A program made the translations under genes and the position numbers. DNA of 60,402 bases, counting the filler, from Basidiobolus ranarum (Eukaryota), in NCBI GenBank assembly GCA_040143965.1. It is 6 parts of 6 records of this genome, joined end to end, with 100 filler letters (N's around TTAATTAATTAA, not from the genome) between each part and the next. Parts side by side here need not be neighbours in the genome. Positions count along the whole stretch, not along the records: positions 1 to 10,003 come from JASJQH010007630.1; positions 10,104 to 20,099 come from JASJQH010007631.1; 4 more parts are not named here. One strand, written 5' to 3'. Each line of letters begins with the position of its first letter. Positions within the stretch are counted from its first letter, which is position 1. Positions 1 through 13,245 of this stretch are shown in pieces. The notes beneath the pieces are model-generated. The model saw only the letters and a program-made list of their open reading frames with translations, did no database searches and was not told the DNA's origin.

Positions 1-2957
1 TTTTGAAGAGTCCAAGCCACACATCCAAACTGTGAATACTGTTGAACGTTCTGTGGAACAAGCACCAGAGCCGTCGGTTGAACTAGAAAAAACACCCGTC
101 ACTAACTTGGACAGTCATCCAGAAACGTCCGATGAAAAATTAGATAGTATACCAGATTCCATTGAAGAGGCAGAAAAACCTATTGTTAATGAATCGGACA
201 ATGTAGATGAGGAGATAAGCATTGAAGATGAAGCAAAGGAAACCCTAGAAGAGAAAAATGTGGTTTCGAATAAATTAGATGTTATCCTTCCTGCACCAAG
301 CGTACTAAATCATGAGCAAATGAATCATGTATCTTACCCTCCTAACATCCAGGCACCTTCTTCAGTTAGAGAAACAGGAAAGCTTCAGTATGATCGCTCA
401 TTCTTACTGCAATTTTGGGAAGTTTGCAAAGAGAAGCCAGTCAGCATGCCAAGTCTAGAGTCTCTTGGAATCGAGGAGAACACTGAAAGAAAGCCTAGTA
501 GTATAGGTAGAAGAGCTGGAACTACTGGAGGTACTGGGCGTGGTGGCTTTAAAGGACCGAATATCTTTCCTAATGATATGGGGTCATTTAAGCATACCCC
601 TCGCAATAACGAGGAGAGATTCCCAGGCCCTAATATGCACAGGCATAATGTTGGCGGATTCGGTCGTGGTATGGGTCCAAGAACAGCAAGTGGTGGCATG
701 CCCCCACCAGGAATGGGAATGGGAATGGGTAACATCGGTTCAAATCATAACATGAATGTTAATATGGGATCTAGAGGGGATAGCCGCAACTCCCGTTCCG
801 GTAGAGGCGATAAACGCAAACATGAACGTCCACAAATTGGCGGACCTACGATTTCACTCGATGAAGTGGCACCATTGGAAAATTCCGAAAACAGATGGGT
901 GCCTGTCTCTATAAAGCACTCCAATTCTAAGGAAGATGTAGATAAACGAACAGACATTGTGCGTAAACTTAAAGCCCTCTTGAACAAATTGACTTTGGAG
1001 AAGTTCGATGGTATTAGTGAAAAAATCACCGAGTATGGAAATCTTTCCACTCAGGAAAACGATGGAAAAACTCTTCAAACTGTGATTCAAATTACCTTCG
1101 AGAAAGCCACAGATGAGCCCAACTTCGTTTCTATATATGCTTCCTTATGTCGAAGAATGATGGACAAACTGAGTCCTGATGTCAAAGATGAGAATGTCAA
1201 GAATAAGGATGGTAAATATATCATTGGTGGTGCCTTGTTTCGTAAGTATCTATTGAGTAGGTGCCAAGAAGAATTTGAGAAAGGTTGGAAGGTAACTTCT
1301 CAGTTAGATTCGGCTGCCGAGGGCACTGAAGCACTGTTGAGTGACGAATACTATGTTGCCGCCAAGGCTAAGCGTCGTGGTCTAGGATTGATCATGTTCA
1401 TCGGTGAGCTATTCAAGTTGGGAATGCTAACCGAGCGTATTATGCATGAATGTATCAAACGTTTGCTCAGTAATGTTCAATCTCCGGAGGAAGAGGAAAC
1501 GGAGAGTTTGTGTAAGCTTATGACCACTGTTGGTAAGCAACTCGATCGTAAAGAGGCCAAAGCGTATATGGACACTTATTTTGCCCGTGTGAAGGAGATG
1601 TCAGTGAACCATAAGCTGAGTAGTAGAATTCGCTTTATGTTACTTGATATTATTGAGTTACGTGCACATAACTGGATTCCTCGAAGAGAAGCATCCGGAC
1701 CAAAGACCATTTCTCAAATTCACGAGGACGCGCTGAAGGAAAAAGAAGAAACGGCCGAAATGTTAAGGAAAACAACTAGTTCCGGAGGACGAGGTTATGG
1801 ATCTAATCATCACCAGCTTTCTCGCACTGGTTCCGAGCGTAGAGATAAACGACCTGGAGGCTCATCCCACGACGGTTGGAATACTGTCGGAAATAATATT
1901 AGTAACTCCTCTCGAAAGGTCGACCTCTCTGGATTCGGTAACTTCACTCGTAGCAAAGCCGGGACCCAGGTTAGCCTTGGGCCTGGAGGTGGCGTATTTG
2001 GTGTACTTGGAGGGGGCTCTAAAGGTTGGAAGAGCTCTGATTCCAAGGGTAAGGAAGAGACTACAAAACCTAAGCATCATGGCAATAGTATGAACATGTT
2101 CAGTGCTTTAATGTCCTCTGAAAGACCTAAGAAATCAAATGATGTTATCAAGGAGACCCCTACTCAAGAGAGAAAACCTTCCAATCCACTACCCGAAGCC
2201 ACTTCTGTTCCTTCAACAAAGAGTAAATTGAGTAAAGATGAATTGGATGCTAAAGTCAAAGCCATGGTTGAAGAGTACTTCTCAGTTCGTGATGTGAAAG
2301 AAGTGAAACTTTGTATTCGAGATCTAGGTGATGCTGAATACCACGAACATGTGATTTCGGAGTTTTTCTTCGAAACCTTTGACAAAAAGCTAGATCAGAT
2401 CAAGCAGACGAGTGGTCTCTTCAAGATCCTGGCAGCCGAAGGTATCATTGAAAAGAAAGCATTTATTGACGGCATTATTGCGGTAACTACAGAGTTGGAA
2501 GATATCTCCATTGATGTTCCACAGGCATTTAATTACATGGGGGTAATGATGGCAGGAACTCCTCTTGAACTACAAGATCTGTCACGGGTTTTGGAGCCAT
2601 TGACCAAATCGTCAGCTCGGATCTCTCCGGCCTCAAAAGTAGGAGCAGCTTATCTCAAGCAACTAAGAGATGATCAGGTAATGGGAAGACACGGATAAGT
2701 TTAACAATGTGAGAGAGCTCACAATCTTTGCTTTTTCAGGGTGAAAAGAAGCTAGCAACAGAGTACAACAAGTCCAAGTTGGATTTGAAGAAATTTCTCT
2801 CGGCAACCACACAAAGTGATGAAGATTTAGCTACGTATTTGGATTCAAATGTATGTGTTGTTCTACATCTTTCATCTTCACCTTTACCTTCACCAACCCA
2901 TGCACCATATTAACATCCAACTTATTGTAGGGGTTGACTTTCTTGACTCAAGCATAA
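1..2957 (+). CDS. TIF4631: Eukaryotic translation initiation factor 4G (5'-truncated; exons <1-2677, 2740-2850, 2931-2957)
   Basis: eIF4E-binding YxxxxLphi motif (YDRSFLLQF); MIF4G domain (LLNKLTLEKFD, FIGELFKLGML, LSSRIRFMLLD); C-terminal MA3-like domain (MVEEYFSVRD). GT-AG introns 2678-2739 and 2851-2930 give an in-frame TAA at 2955-2957. Confidence 0.95.
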
Positions 2958-3764
2958 GTCTATACTAAGTAACATATATCCTGTAAGGGCCTCTTATCAA
3001 CATCACTGGTTGAGCATTAATCTAACTTCATCTTCATTAAGAGTAAATAATCATGTCCCTTTATAAAATTATCCAAATGTGTATAATCCTCGAAATCCGT
3101 ACCCGTGTGCTTTTTTAACCTCATTTGTTTCGCTGTTGCTTTCCATCTCTCCAGTGGCATTGAGTGAGAACGGGAGATCCAAGGTAAAGTACGCGTCAAT
3201 TTATTGTAAAGAGCAAATTGAGGAATGAAACTGAAAGCACCGAGAATCCGCCATTAATGAGAGTTAGAAAAGCCTTATTTTATATAATATATATTCGATT
3301 ATATCTTTCTAAGAAACCATGTTAATTCCCTTCTTTCTGCCCCTTCTTTCACATCACATATCCGATCAACAATTCTTTTAAACGCCAAAAACACTCCATT
3401 CTTTTTTTTCATTTACACTTTCATTTACAACAAACCTTCAGCCTCCGTCCCATAAACTTCCTTTTCTAAGCTATCGATGTTTTCTCCCATGTGTTCAAAT
3501 GCTTCCAAAATATATATCTTCGCTCTATTAATCGGCATGGATGTACATATAAATACTGCCATCAACAAGATTTATCGAAAGGTAAACAACAGATGGCATA
3601 TGCTATTTTACAGTGGTTAAACCGTGATTGAGACCATGGAATCATTGAAATAGGATATATTAAGGCAATATAAATGAATGAGGGAAGTGGGAAGTTGCTA
3701 GTGTTGGGGATTCTCTTCTATGAACAATTGTTGTTGTTGACTGCACGGTCGAATTCACGTCTTC

Positions 3765-6700
3765 TTAGTGGTCGAATTCATGACCTCTAGTACTTAAAAG
3801 TACGTTTTTATTTTCACCATCCATGCGTTGAATACGATGGACAACCGCCAGATGTCGCAGGATATCTTTTTTCGTAAGCAGTCCATGGAGCTTTCCATTC
3901 TGCGCGAACAATAGGTAGCGTACACCCTTGAAGGTCATTAGTTAGTATTGCATCATATTCTCCCGAAGTACTCTTAATTTACCATTTTACGGAACAATTC
4001 CATCACCACCTCCATAGATAGTTTGTATGAAGCAGTGATTGGAGTCTATATATGTTACAGGGTTAGTGAAGTTCTTTTATCTTCTGCTTATTATATTACC
4101 ATATCCATCCAAGGACGAAGATCCACATACGCCGTCGCCTCGAGAATAGGCAACGCGGTCCCGAAGTAGCATGGACTTGATCCAGATATTCCATCCGTTC
4201 GTTTGGCTTGTTCTTTAAAGAGAAATTAGTCTTGTGAAGCTTCAACCCAAGCCTAAATTCAAACTCTTACCAATGGCGAATCGAAGTTCACTACGCGAGA
4301 TGAATCCAATTAGCATCATATCTCGAAGTGAATTGACCACTGGGAATCCTTTGTAATCGGTGTATTGTATGATCTCATCTAAACGTTATTCAATGAGTTA
4401 AATGATGAAAGGGTGAGGTTCAATGGACACCCTGCATTTACCAAGACTATCCAATGTTGTAGAGTTCGCTGGAATCACCACCAGGTCGTCGATACGGGTC
4501 ATCACTTGGGATCCAATAAAGTCATAACTGTAGGTCTCTTTATTGTCAAGGAATGGATATCCCTGTAGCTTAATTACTCCATCATAGATCCCTCCTTTTC
4601 CGAATGCATCGCCAACCCACTTGCTCAGCATGACTAGAATGATGAAGAGTTAGTTTGAAAGTAAAGCGACTCACTTCATGCACGTCTAAGACAACATACC
4701 TGCAATCATAATAGGCAGGACATAAGTCAAGGCGCCAGTCAGTTCGAACATAATCACCACCAGAGAAACTAAGCTTTGAATTGAATTTCAATTTCTTGTG
4801 AATATCGAATATAACCCCCCACTTACCAGTCATACGAGTAACTCCTCCGAGTGCGGCTGTTGCTCCGACAAGTGCATAGGTTCCAGGAGTAATACAAGAG
4901 CCATCCGGTGGACAACTAGCAAAGAGCCAAAAGTCTGGATTGTATCTACGAATTTTATAAGTACTGGAGTAAACGAACATCTGGATAGGAGTTGGGGCTT
5001 ACCGTTGCCATGCTTCGACCAGAATCCCCAGAGCCCTACCAAAACACGCACCCACAACCATGGAAGGCATGAAAATCCCAGCTGGAAGTCGGATACCGAA
5101 GGTTAGAACTGTGAGAATTATCTTAAGAATAGCCGCCACGATCAATAAACCGACATTCGAAGCGTAGGAATCATGATGACATAGTGTATAGTAGTCATTC
5201 CCCTCACACTCACGAAATAAATTCGAAATGAGCTCCGTCGAGTCTACTCTCATGAAAATATTCAGATAACTTATTAGTGCAGTGATAGCAGCAACGATCA
5301 CTACTTCAGTTATCGGATAATGTCGAATAAATGTAATATTTCTAATCCGAGTTATCCGGAGGTTTAACCTAATTATGAGTGCTCCCAACAACCCTCCTAA
5401 GATACCCAAGAAGATGAAAAATATCATTTCGAAGCCATGCCAATCCCGGGTATACGACGCTTGAAACATCACAAGTTTTCCTGTTCTAAAAGGATTTATC
5501 AACTAGCAGAAAGGTTAGAATCCACGACATACACATTCCACTTTCAATCACACTATACCTGAAGAACTACTGAGGCAACCATAGCACAAAAAAAACTTCT
5601 CCACATAGTAGAATCCGAAAAATAGTAAGAAACCTCCTAAGATTAGATGTAAGTAAAGGGACTTCAGGTGGTTGTGGAGTCGGAACTCTTGGCTGGTTCT
5701 TACCTCCAAACTGAAAAGAACCCCGCCGATAGGTGCACCAAAAGCAACCGAGATACCTCCAGCAGCAGCCGCTGATAGTATTTCTCTTTTCTTAGCTAAA
5801 CATATGGTCTGATGAGCTTTAAGTGCGAATAGATTGAGCAAATTCAAGGAAATTACCTTCGTTGTGACTATATTTGGGGAAAAGGCGAAGGAACACATTT
5901 CCACAACAACAAGTGATGTGAACTAAGGGTCCCTCCTTACCAAGGGATAATCCTGATGCTACAGCAAGAATCTAACATTGGAATGCAATTCGGTTACAAA
6001 GGGCATTTTGCTGAAGATAATCTATGGATTCATACCAATCCCAAGCTCTTAATAACTAAAGTCCAAACTCCCAGGAATCCTTTGATAATGAACCCGCCAA
6101 GAATAGTTTTGATTTCAGCCAAACCATCCCAGATAGCATATGGCGCATAGGCTTTCACAAGAACACCACTTGTTGCAGCAAATCCAATCTAAAAAAGTGG
6201 GCTTGTTTACAAAGTATATCTTGACCAGAGAAAAAGGAGAATAAAAGTTACCCCAGTGACTAAATAAATTGTATAAGATATCCAGAATCTCCCCGCTTCC
6301 GACTTTGGACTCATTACCATACCCCAGGCATTCCAATATTCACAAGGGATACTCTCTGTAGTAATGAGAAAATAAATATCGGTTAAATATAGGCAGTTCA
6401 ACATAATTTCTAACACATAACAAATACCATCAATCTCCCAACAGCAAAATTTTTTATTAAGGTAAAATCCAGTCGTGCAATACCCCTCTCGAATGTCACT
6501 CAGCCACTCAGACGATATATTAATGAGAGCAGCAATCAAACCTGCAGCAAGTCCTGAATAGAGAGAAGAGTGTGATTAAAGGGGTAAACAAGTGACGTAT
6601 AGAACTAATGATATTTACCAACTCCAAAGACAATTATCCAAGCTTGTGTAGCATTGGATAATTGTAACCACTTTCTTTTACTTCCTTTATGATGTTTTAA

Positions 6701-7076
6701 CTTTCTTAAACGAGAACGTTCTTTAGCAAAATCATGAATCCAATCTAATTTTGAGAGACACGGGTTATTCGCAGTTTTCCAGTAAGTTCAACATGTGTAT
6801 GTATGTGCATTGGATATATATGTATGTATGTACGTATTTCGATAACAGTAAAGAAAATAAACGCATACCTATGGTTGTAAAATTGTCATAAGCCACTCTA
6901 CGCTCCAAAACATCTCCACCCCAATCCAAAGCGTCCGTTTCAACATTTGGTTCTTGTGAAAGTCGTCCATCATTAGAACGTGAAGTTCTAATACCGGCTG
7001 GAGAGAAGGAACTAGGTAAAGGACTGGCTGCACGTCTATCAAGGCCTCTTCGTTTAAAAGTGAAGTCACTACTCAT
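3765..7076 (-). CDS. GEF1: CLC-family Cl-/H+ antiporter (Gef1/ClC-3-like), multi-exon, with C-terminal CBS domains
   Basis: Spliced motifs [33 protein letters not shown] and GIY; CBS region FPVV...[12 protein letters not shown] at 7076, stop TAA at 3767-3765. Confidence 0.93.
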
Positions 7077-7442
7077 CTTTTATACAAGACAAATAAGACA
7101 AGGTAAGAATTACAAGAATAAGAACAATGGAAATTACATATCCAAAACCACCTCATATCACAGCCTCAGGAATTGTTATTGATCAAGGATAGTACATAAT
7201 TTATAAATATCCAAGTCTTACTAAATTGGTAAATTTGAAGAATTATATTCAAGCTACTGGATCAGCCATAGAATTTATTAATAAATATTTGAAGTGTGAA
7301 AGGCGATTTGCGTAAATGTATATAGCGATTTCATAATCAACTCTGAAATCTCATGAGTTCCCTGCACTCACGAAAGAAATATATATCAATCGTAGGAAAG
7401 GATATATGCTTTGGTGACAATCCATTAAAATATATAGATTGA

Positions 7443-9384
7443 CTAGCTTTCTTCATCAATTTCGTGCATTCTACCGGATTGCATAGCTTCGACAACAGGG
7501 TTTTTAATCTTAACAACGCCTGTTTTGTTTAGTCTTTCAAACAGGACGAACAGTCTCTCGGCCTCTTGTTCTTTCTCTTCATCTGTCATCGTTGAGAGGT
7601 CAGGAAGCTCATTATCTATGTATTGTCCGGTGACAGGATTTACAGCATATTTCTGAGGACATGAGTCGTCCTCGCCCTGTGAATAGGAAGTAGGATAAGG
7701 GAAGGGGATCCCACGATTCGTTAAGTAGCCTACTGCATTGCCATATCCCACCCGATCCACAAACTTGGAAGAGTCCTGGTCGCACAGGATGAACAGGAAC
7801 TCTCCGGCAGTATCCTTTGTGTGACTCAAAACGCCCGTAGTTAACAATGAGGTTAGAGAGTCAGAAAAACTTCGCCCTTTGCCTAACGGCTTGGAACGGT
7901 CACTGCGATAAAACGAATTAAAAATGTAGAACATAGGATATATATATGCGTAACGAGTTTAACATATTATCCGATAGTAAACACTCTTTCATCAAGAAGC
8001 AAGCATGGGTATTTTCCTTGGCGATATTATTCATAAGGATCAAGAGAGGAGGGAAAAACGTATCTAGAGAGGCCAGAAGATCAGATAAAGATTGGGATTC
8101 TTCTGAAAAACAACTATTCAATATAGATTTCAGCATTTCGATCAATGTCAACACTAGTATGTACGGCTCTTGGGAATCTTGCGGAAACCATAGAGGTTCT
8201 AAACTGGAAATTGACATGTTGAGTAATACATGTATTGCATGAGAATGAGGAGGTGATACAGGAGCGGAGTTTTTGAATGGGATTTCTGTTATCACTCGGA
8301 CTAAGATAGGTATAAGGCTGAATATATAATATAAGTTATGTAAATAATCTCAACGAAAGAACTAAAGTGCTCACCTTGAATACTCCAGCGACATTTTCTG
8401 CTTGGAAACCTCATCATCGTCTGCTTTGTCTTTGTAATCAGAACAGGGGGCATAGTTCGTTACCATGTTGAATAGCATTTTTAGATATTCGCTGATGATC
8501 ATCACACTTCAGATCCCGAATTTATACACTGCCCTATTATCTAAATCAGTATGTTAGTAGCCGATGAAACTTGCAAGAATACTAGTATTAAAGCACTAAC
8601 TTCATCAATGGCGCTTAGAAAGTCGCCGTTGTTTGCCAAAGTGTTCACAACTTTTGGGCTCGAAACAGTTGACAAAAATAGAATCCGTCCAAACAGAAAT
8701 TGCGAATCATTCGACTAAGAAGGAGACTAAAAGGATGTTTATATGTCAGATTTTATATTGGATAGGAATCAATGCTAAAAGAGTATTTACTTGAAATTTA
8801 GATACTAAAAGCTTTTCTCCTTCCAAACTGTGAAAAAATTTCACGGGTTCTGGATTCAAGTAATAAGCAATTCGCCAAACATTTTAAGCTTTCGTGTATT
8901 ACCACGGAATCTCCATAACTTTCACTTAAAAGGTCTGCGTGCCTCAGCAACATACCAATACCCTGACAATAAATATGTTGTAAGAAAATATTCAGGATTA
9001 AGGAAAAAAATTCTACACACTTTAGTAGTATAGAGACTTTTTGCAGCTCCAGAATCGCGGGATAACAACTTCAAACTTTGTAATTCATGTAGTAATGCTT
9101 TACGGCAAAGTAAGATTTAGAAAGTATAGAAAACAGTAGAGTAGATAAGAAGCAAACCTTCTTGGCTCCATGGAGTGTATACTTCATCCCCAGTTAAGTC
9201 AGAAACCAAAGTGGTGACTAGTTTTTGCCTAGACTGTAGCTCGATAGCTAAGCAGAAGTAAAATAAATAGAATTGTTATCTCGAAATATATGTTTAGAAA
9301 GTTACCTTGGTGTCCGACAAGGTTCAAGCTTGCTATGACAGCCTCTGAGCTATCCTTTTCCTGTAAAGAGATATAAGCGTCCAT
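7443..9384 (-). CDS. RIC8: Ric8/synembryn G-alpha guanine nucleotide exchange factor/chaperone, multi-exon
   Basis: Characteristic C-terminus VGYGNAVGYL...NPVTGQ...MTDEEKEQEAERLFVLFERLNKTGVVKIKNPV. The start at 9384 (MDAYISLQ) is inferred from the exon chain. Confidence 0.88.
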
Positions 9385-10003
9385 GCTGTCTATAGAGACG
9401 ACTTGGAGCCTAAATTTATGCATCCATTTTTGGTTTTTAAAGTATCACCTCCCTATAATCAAACCATTAAAAGCTATGCACTTAGTCTACATCCAGCTAA
9501 CAATTTCTGGGATTTTCAGTCTTCAAGGTTGCTGAATTCAATGGTGTGATTATAAATCGATGAAGATCATCAGGTATCCTCTCCTTTGATCGCAATTAAA
9601 TAAGATCGGTAATTGAAGTAACATATTCTCACAAAGCTAGGGATAAGCTTCATTATCTTACAAATAGAGAGTGCCAGTTCTTTACAAAAGCATCACCTGA
9701 CTCATTCATATACATGATGTTCAGAGTATATGCTTCAATGCTGAACACCTGGCATGATTCAACCCTACAGTTTGTTTGTTGATTTTATGAACAATAATCA
9801 AGTTAATTTAGCAGTCGCTCGCTAGTAAATATCAGAACTTATTTTGAAAGTCAATATTATCTTCATAGACGTGGATCAAATCCGATTTTTATTGTCACCA
9901 ACAAACAGATTTGTTTACAGTTGGCTCATTCAAAACGAATGAAAATTCCGGGACTAAATAGATTGGCTTTTTATACGCTTAAAAAAGCATTCGTTCGTAC
10001 ATA

Positions 10004-10103
10004 NNNNNNNNNNNNNNNNNNNNNNNNNNNNNNNNNNNNNNNNNNNNTTAATTAATTAANNNNNNNNNNNNNNNNNNNNNNNNNNNNNNNNNNNNNNNNN
10101 NNN
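10004..10103. other. Artificial contig linker N44-TTAATTAATTAA-N44
   Basis: 100-bp linker with stops in all six frames; identical at all five gaps. Confidence 0.97.
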
Positions 10104-10571
10104 TATCCGACTAAATGAAGAGGAAACTGGAGCGATGAGGATGGGTTTGTAATCGAGGTGAATTATAAACAACCTGAACCGCTTAACTCATTTGTGGGAG
10201 GTATCAGAATATTGTTTGATGTGAAATATTTTCATCATGGCTTGCAAGGTGTCCATCGATTTAATAGACTTATCCAAATTCATTTCCATATCAGATAACT
10301 CACAAGACTGTCCAGTAAGTACAGGGGCTCAAGACTCTCAATTGCATAGGTATAAATTTATTTCAATGTTTACAATATATTCTTAAATCTCCCACAAACG
10401 AGTTAAGCGGTTCAGGTTGTTTATAACTCACCTCGATTACAAACCCATCCTCATCGCTCCAGTTTCCTCTTCATTTAGTCGGATAAATCTTTCGCCTTTT
10501 ACTAAAGATTTCCGTGGAGGGGGAACATTCAATGGAGTTTTCGAATTTTTTCCTGGACTCTCAAGAGTCCC
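10104..10571. mobile_element. Long inverted repeat / foldback non-autonomous DNA element, left arm truncated by contig start
   Basis: 10104-10200 is the reverse complement of 10389-10485 (97 bp, 2 mismatches), with a degenerate inward extension. The right arm may continue to GGACTCTCAAGAGTCCCT|TTA near 10571. Confidence 0.7.
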
Positions 10572-10762
10572 TTTAAACAAAATTAAGAAATTTTATTCAA
10601 AGCATTAAAAGAAACGTATTTATGGACATACGTTACGTGTTTTAAACGGTTGTTGTTATGTTTAAGACAGTGAATAACGTGCGAAATAGACAAACAAAAT
10701 ACAAGAAGACTGGAGTTAATATAATAATGGAGAATGGATAAAAAGTTAGCAAATTTGTTAAT

Positions 10763-12180
10763 TCAGTCAACTACAATATCATTGTTGGAAGGACTTGAGG
10801 CGCTAGTCTTCCAACCACTGACACTCATACGCTTCCACGCAGCCCGAATACCACCAGCAACTCCACTGGAGGTGGAAGTATCTTGATTGCTCAACGAATG
10901 AGCACGAGCTCTTCCACCTTTGTCTTGATTCTCCACAGGAAGTTTCACACTTTCTCCGAAAGAGATACGATTTTTGTCACTACTACCTTCTATCAGCGGT
11001 TTTTCAGTCTCAGGCTTTGGGGTAGGTGTCGTGTAATCGGAGCTTAAAACCTTTTCCATTTCCCCACTTTCTAAAATTCGAGTCAGTATTTTATTGATGT
11101 ACAGTGTTAAAGCTCTGTTTTCATCTTTTAAAGAGCGATTCTCTTCTCTGAAAGCGCCTACATCGTCTCTCAATTTCTCAATTGTGTAAGTAGTATCAAA
11201 GTCAGCTGTGACTGGTGAGGTGGGCGCCGAAAGGATTTCATTTGCCAAAGAGCCCAGTCCTTCTTCTTCTATAGAGTCGATGCGATTCTTGAAACAAACA
11301 AATCATCGATTGGTAAGTTGAAAAGAAATATAGCTTTTGAAATAGTAAACGGATATACCTGTAAGATTGGATTCAACATAAATCTACCATTCATCGTTTT
11401 CTCATGTAGTAGTACTTGATAAGATTCATTTTCCTCCATAAGAGTTTGATTGACTCCCTTGATTTGTAACTTTTCATTCTCCAGAGCAGAGATTTGTACT
11501 AAACACTCTTGAAGACGAGAAGCCGACTCTTGTGCAGCCTGTTTAGATTTTTCCAACTCTTCGCGTATCTCTAGGAGCAACTTATCCTGATTTTTGATCG
11601 TTTTAATGAGTGCGCTATTCTCGTTGACTAAATCAGTAGGCTCCTCGACAGGCTTGATCTGGATATGATTGGAAGTAGCTACAGTCCTAGCAGGGGGAGG
11701 AGCCGAGCGTACTTTGAGTCTTTTTATTTGAGTTTGAAGGGAAGCAAGTTTGTCTGATGTCAACATTCGTTCCTTCTCGATTTGTTTAGTTTCCAACTCA
11801 AATTGTTTCTCACTCTCTTTCGAACGACGTATTAGGGCGGCGTTTTCTTTTCTTAAATCTTCTAGTTGACCATCATTTATAAACAATTGAGTTTCTAATC
11901 TTGTATAGATATTTCGAGCGGCTTGAACTTCTTCCTGTATAGCTGTGTATTTCTTTTTACAAAACGCGTTCTCTTCCGTCAACTCGCGGTTAATATCGGT
12001 GAATTCTTGAATTTGAATAAGTAACTAGAAAATAGATTGAAATTGAGAAAGGTGATGATAGATAAGTAGAAAATATTCACTATGGTTTACCCTCATGTTT
12101 TCATTTTGTATCTTCTCCATCTCTTGACTTATAGCGAATAATTCAAAAGATGGCATACGGGCGAGTCTTGCCTCATTCAT
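10763..12180 (-). CDS. Coiled-coil protein with C-terminal Rab11-FIP RBD-like motif (exons ~12180-12091, 12024-11359, ~11287-10763)
   Basis: Heptad-rich ORFs joined in frame by GT-AG introns; motifs LMEENESYQVLLHEKT and ENRALTLYINKILTRILE. Confidence 0.75.
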
Positions 12181-13245
12181 TTCTTGACTCAGTTATAGAA
12201 TGGGTACAATGGAGGTACGGGCGAGCTTTCTTGTGTAGAAAAAGTGACCGACTGGTTATAAAATACTTGGGTTAGAGGCATAGTAGATTAATGAAAATTC
12301 AATATATACATTTTGGATACGACTATAAAATCACTCACATTTACGTAGATGGACTACAGAACAATATCTATTCTGAGGACAAATTAATCAACGCAGAGTA
12401 AATAGGCTATAATGAATACGAAAGTAGTGAGATGAAAACCACCAAGTTATGAGCATAAAGTTGGAAACCCCAGAAGAAAGTTCGGTAGTTGCTCAAGAAC
12501 TCTTGGAAAAATAAGGGGCGCGAGGGTTTTTTAAACAAGTAAAAGGGTTTCTGAAGGATGCTTACTCTCAAACGGTGGCACATTCGGAGAAAACACCAAA
12601 TGATTCGTTGGAGATACCATCTCGCGTTCCTGCACATGCCAAACAACATACTCCAGTTACCTCAAGAAATTGGTTTAATCCTCTACTTCAAATCGTGATG
12701 ACTGCAAGTAATCCGCCTTGATTAAATTGATGAAGCAACTTGTGCATAATTAGTCACCATTCAAATGCTCTACTTACTATGATGATAATCTACAGAGCAT
12801 ATTTAATCACATCTGATCGAATGTAAAGCCACTCCTTCGACTCTAAAGGCACTGATTGAGACACATTTGTAGGATCTCCACCACGAATAATATTCATGCG
12901 TCAACACTTTCGTATTGTAGCTTGTTCACGATAAAAGAGATTATGCCTCTGATTCATTCCTGATGCCGCAATCGCCTTTTTGGGGTATCTCACAAACGAA
13001 GTGCGTGCTCACATGGAAACAATAATCATGATATGTGATTTTATTAAACATTGAACTGAGGTTATGGGTTATGGTATGTACATATGCCATCACAGATTCC
13101 CCAATTCTCGAGTGACTTCCAAGTTGGTATGCATATAGAGCAAGTATATAACTTTGAAGCACTCAGATCTAGGCTTAAAAGCATGGTAACGTAAAGAATA
13201 CTCCCATTAAGGTATGGAGGTCAAATGGTACGAGAAATAGACTCT

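Noticed and set aside
385-2385. Several short overlapping ORFs within eIF4G (likewise within CLC, MINDY and the GPCR)
   Set aside because: Alternative-frame or antisense shadows of well-supported genes with no independent motifs.
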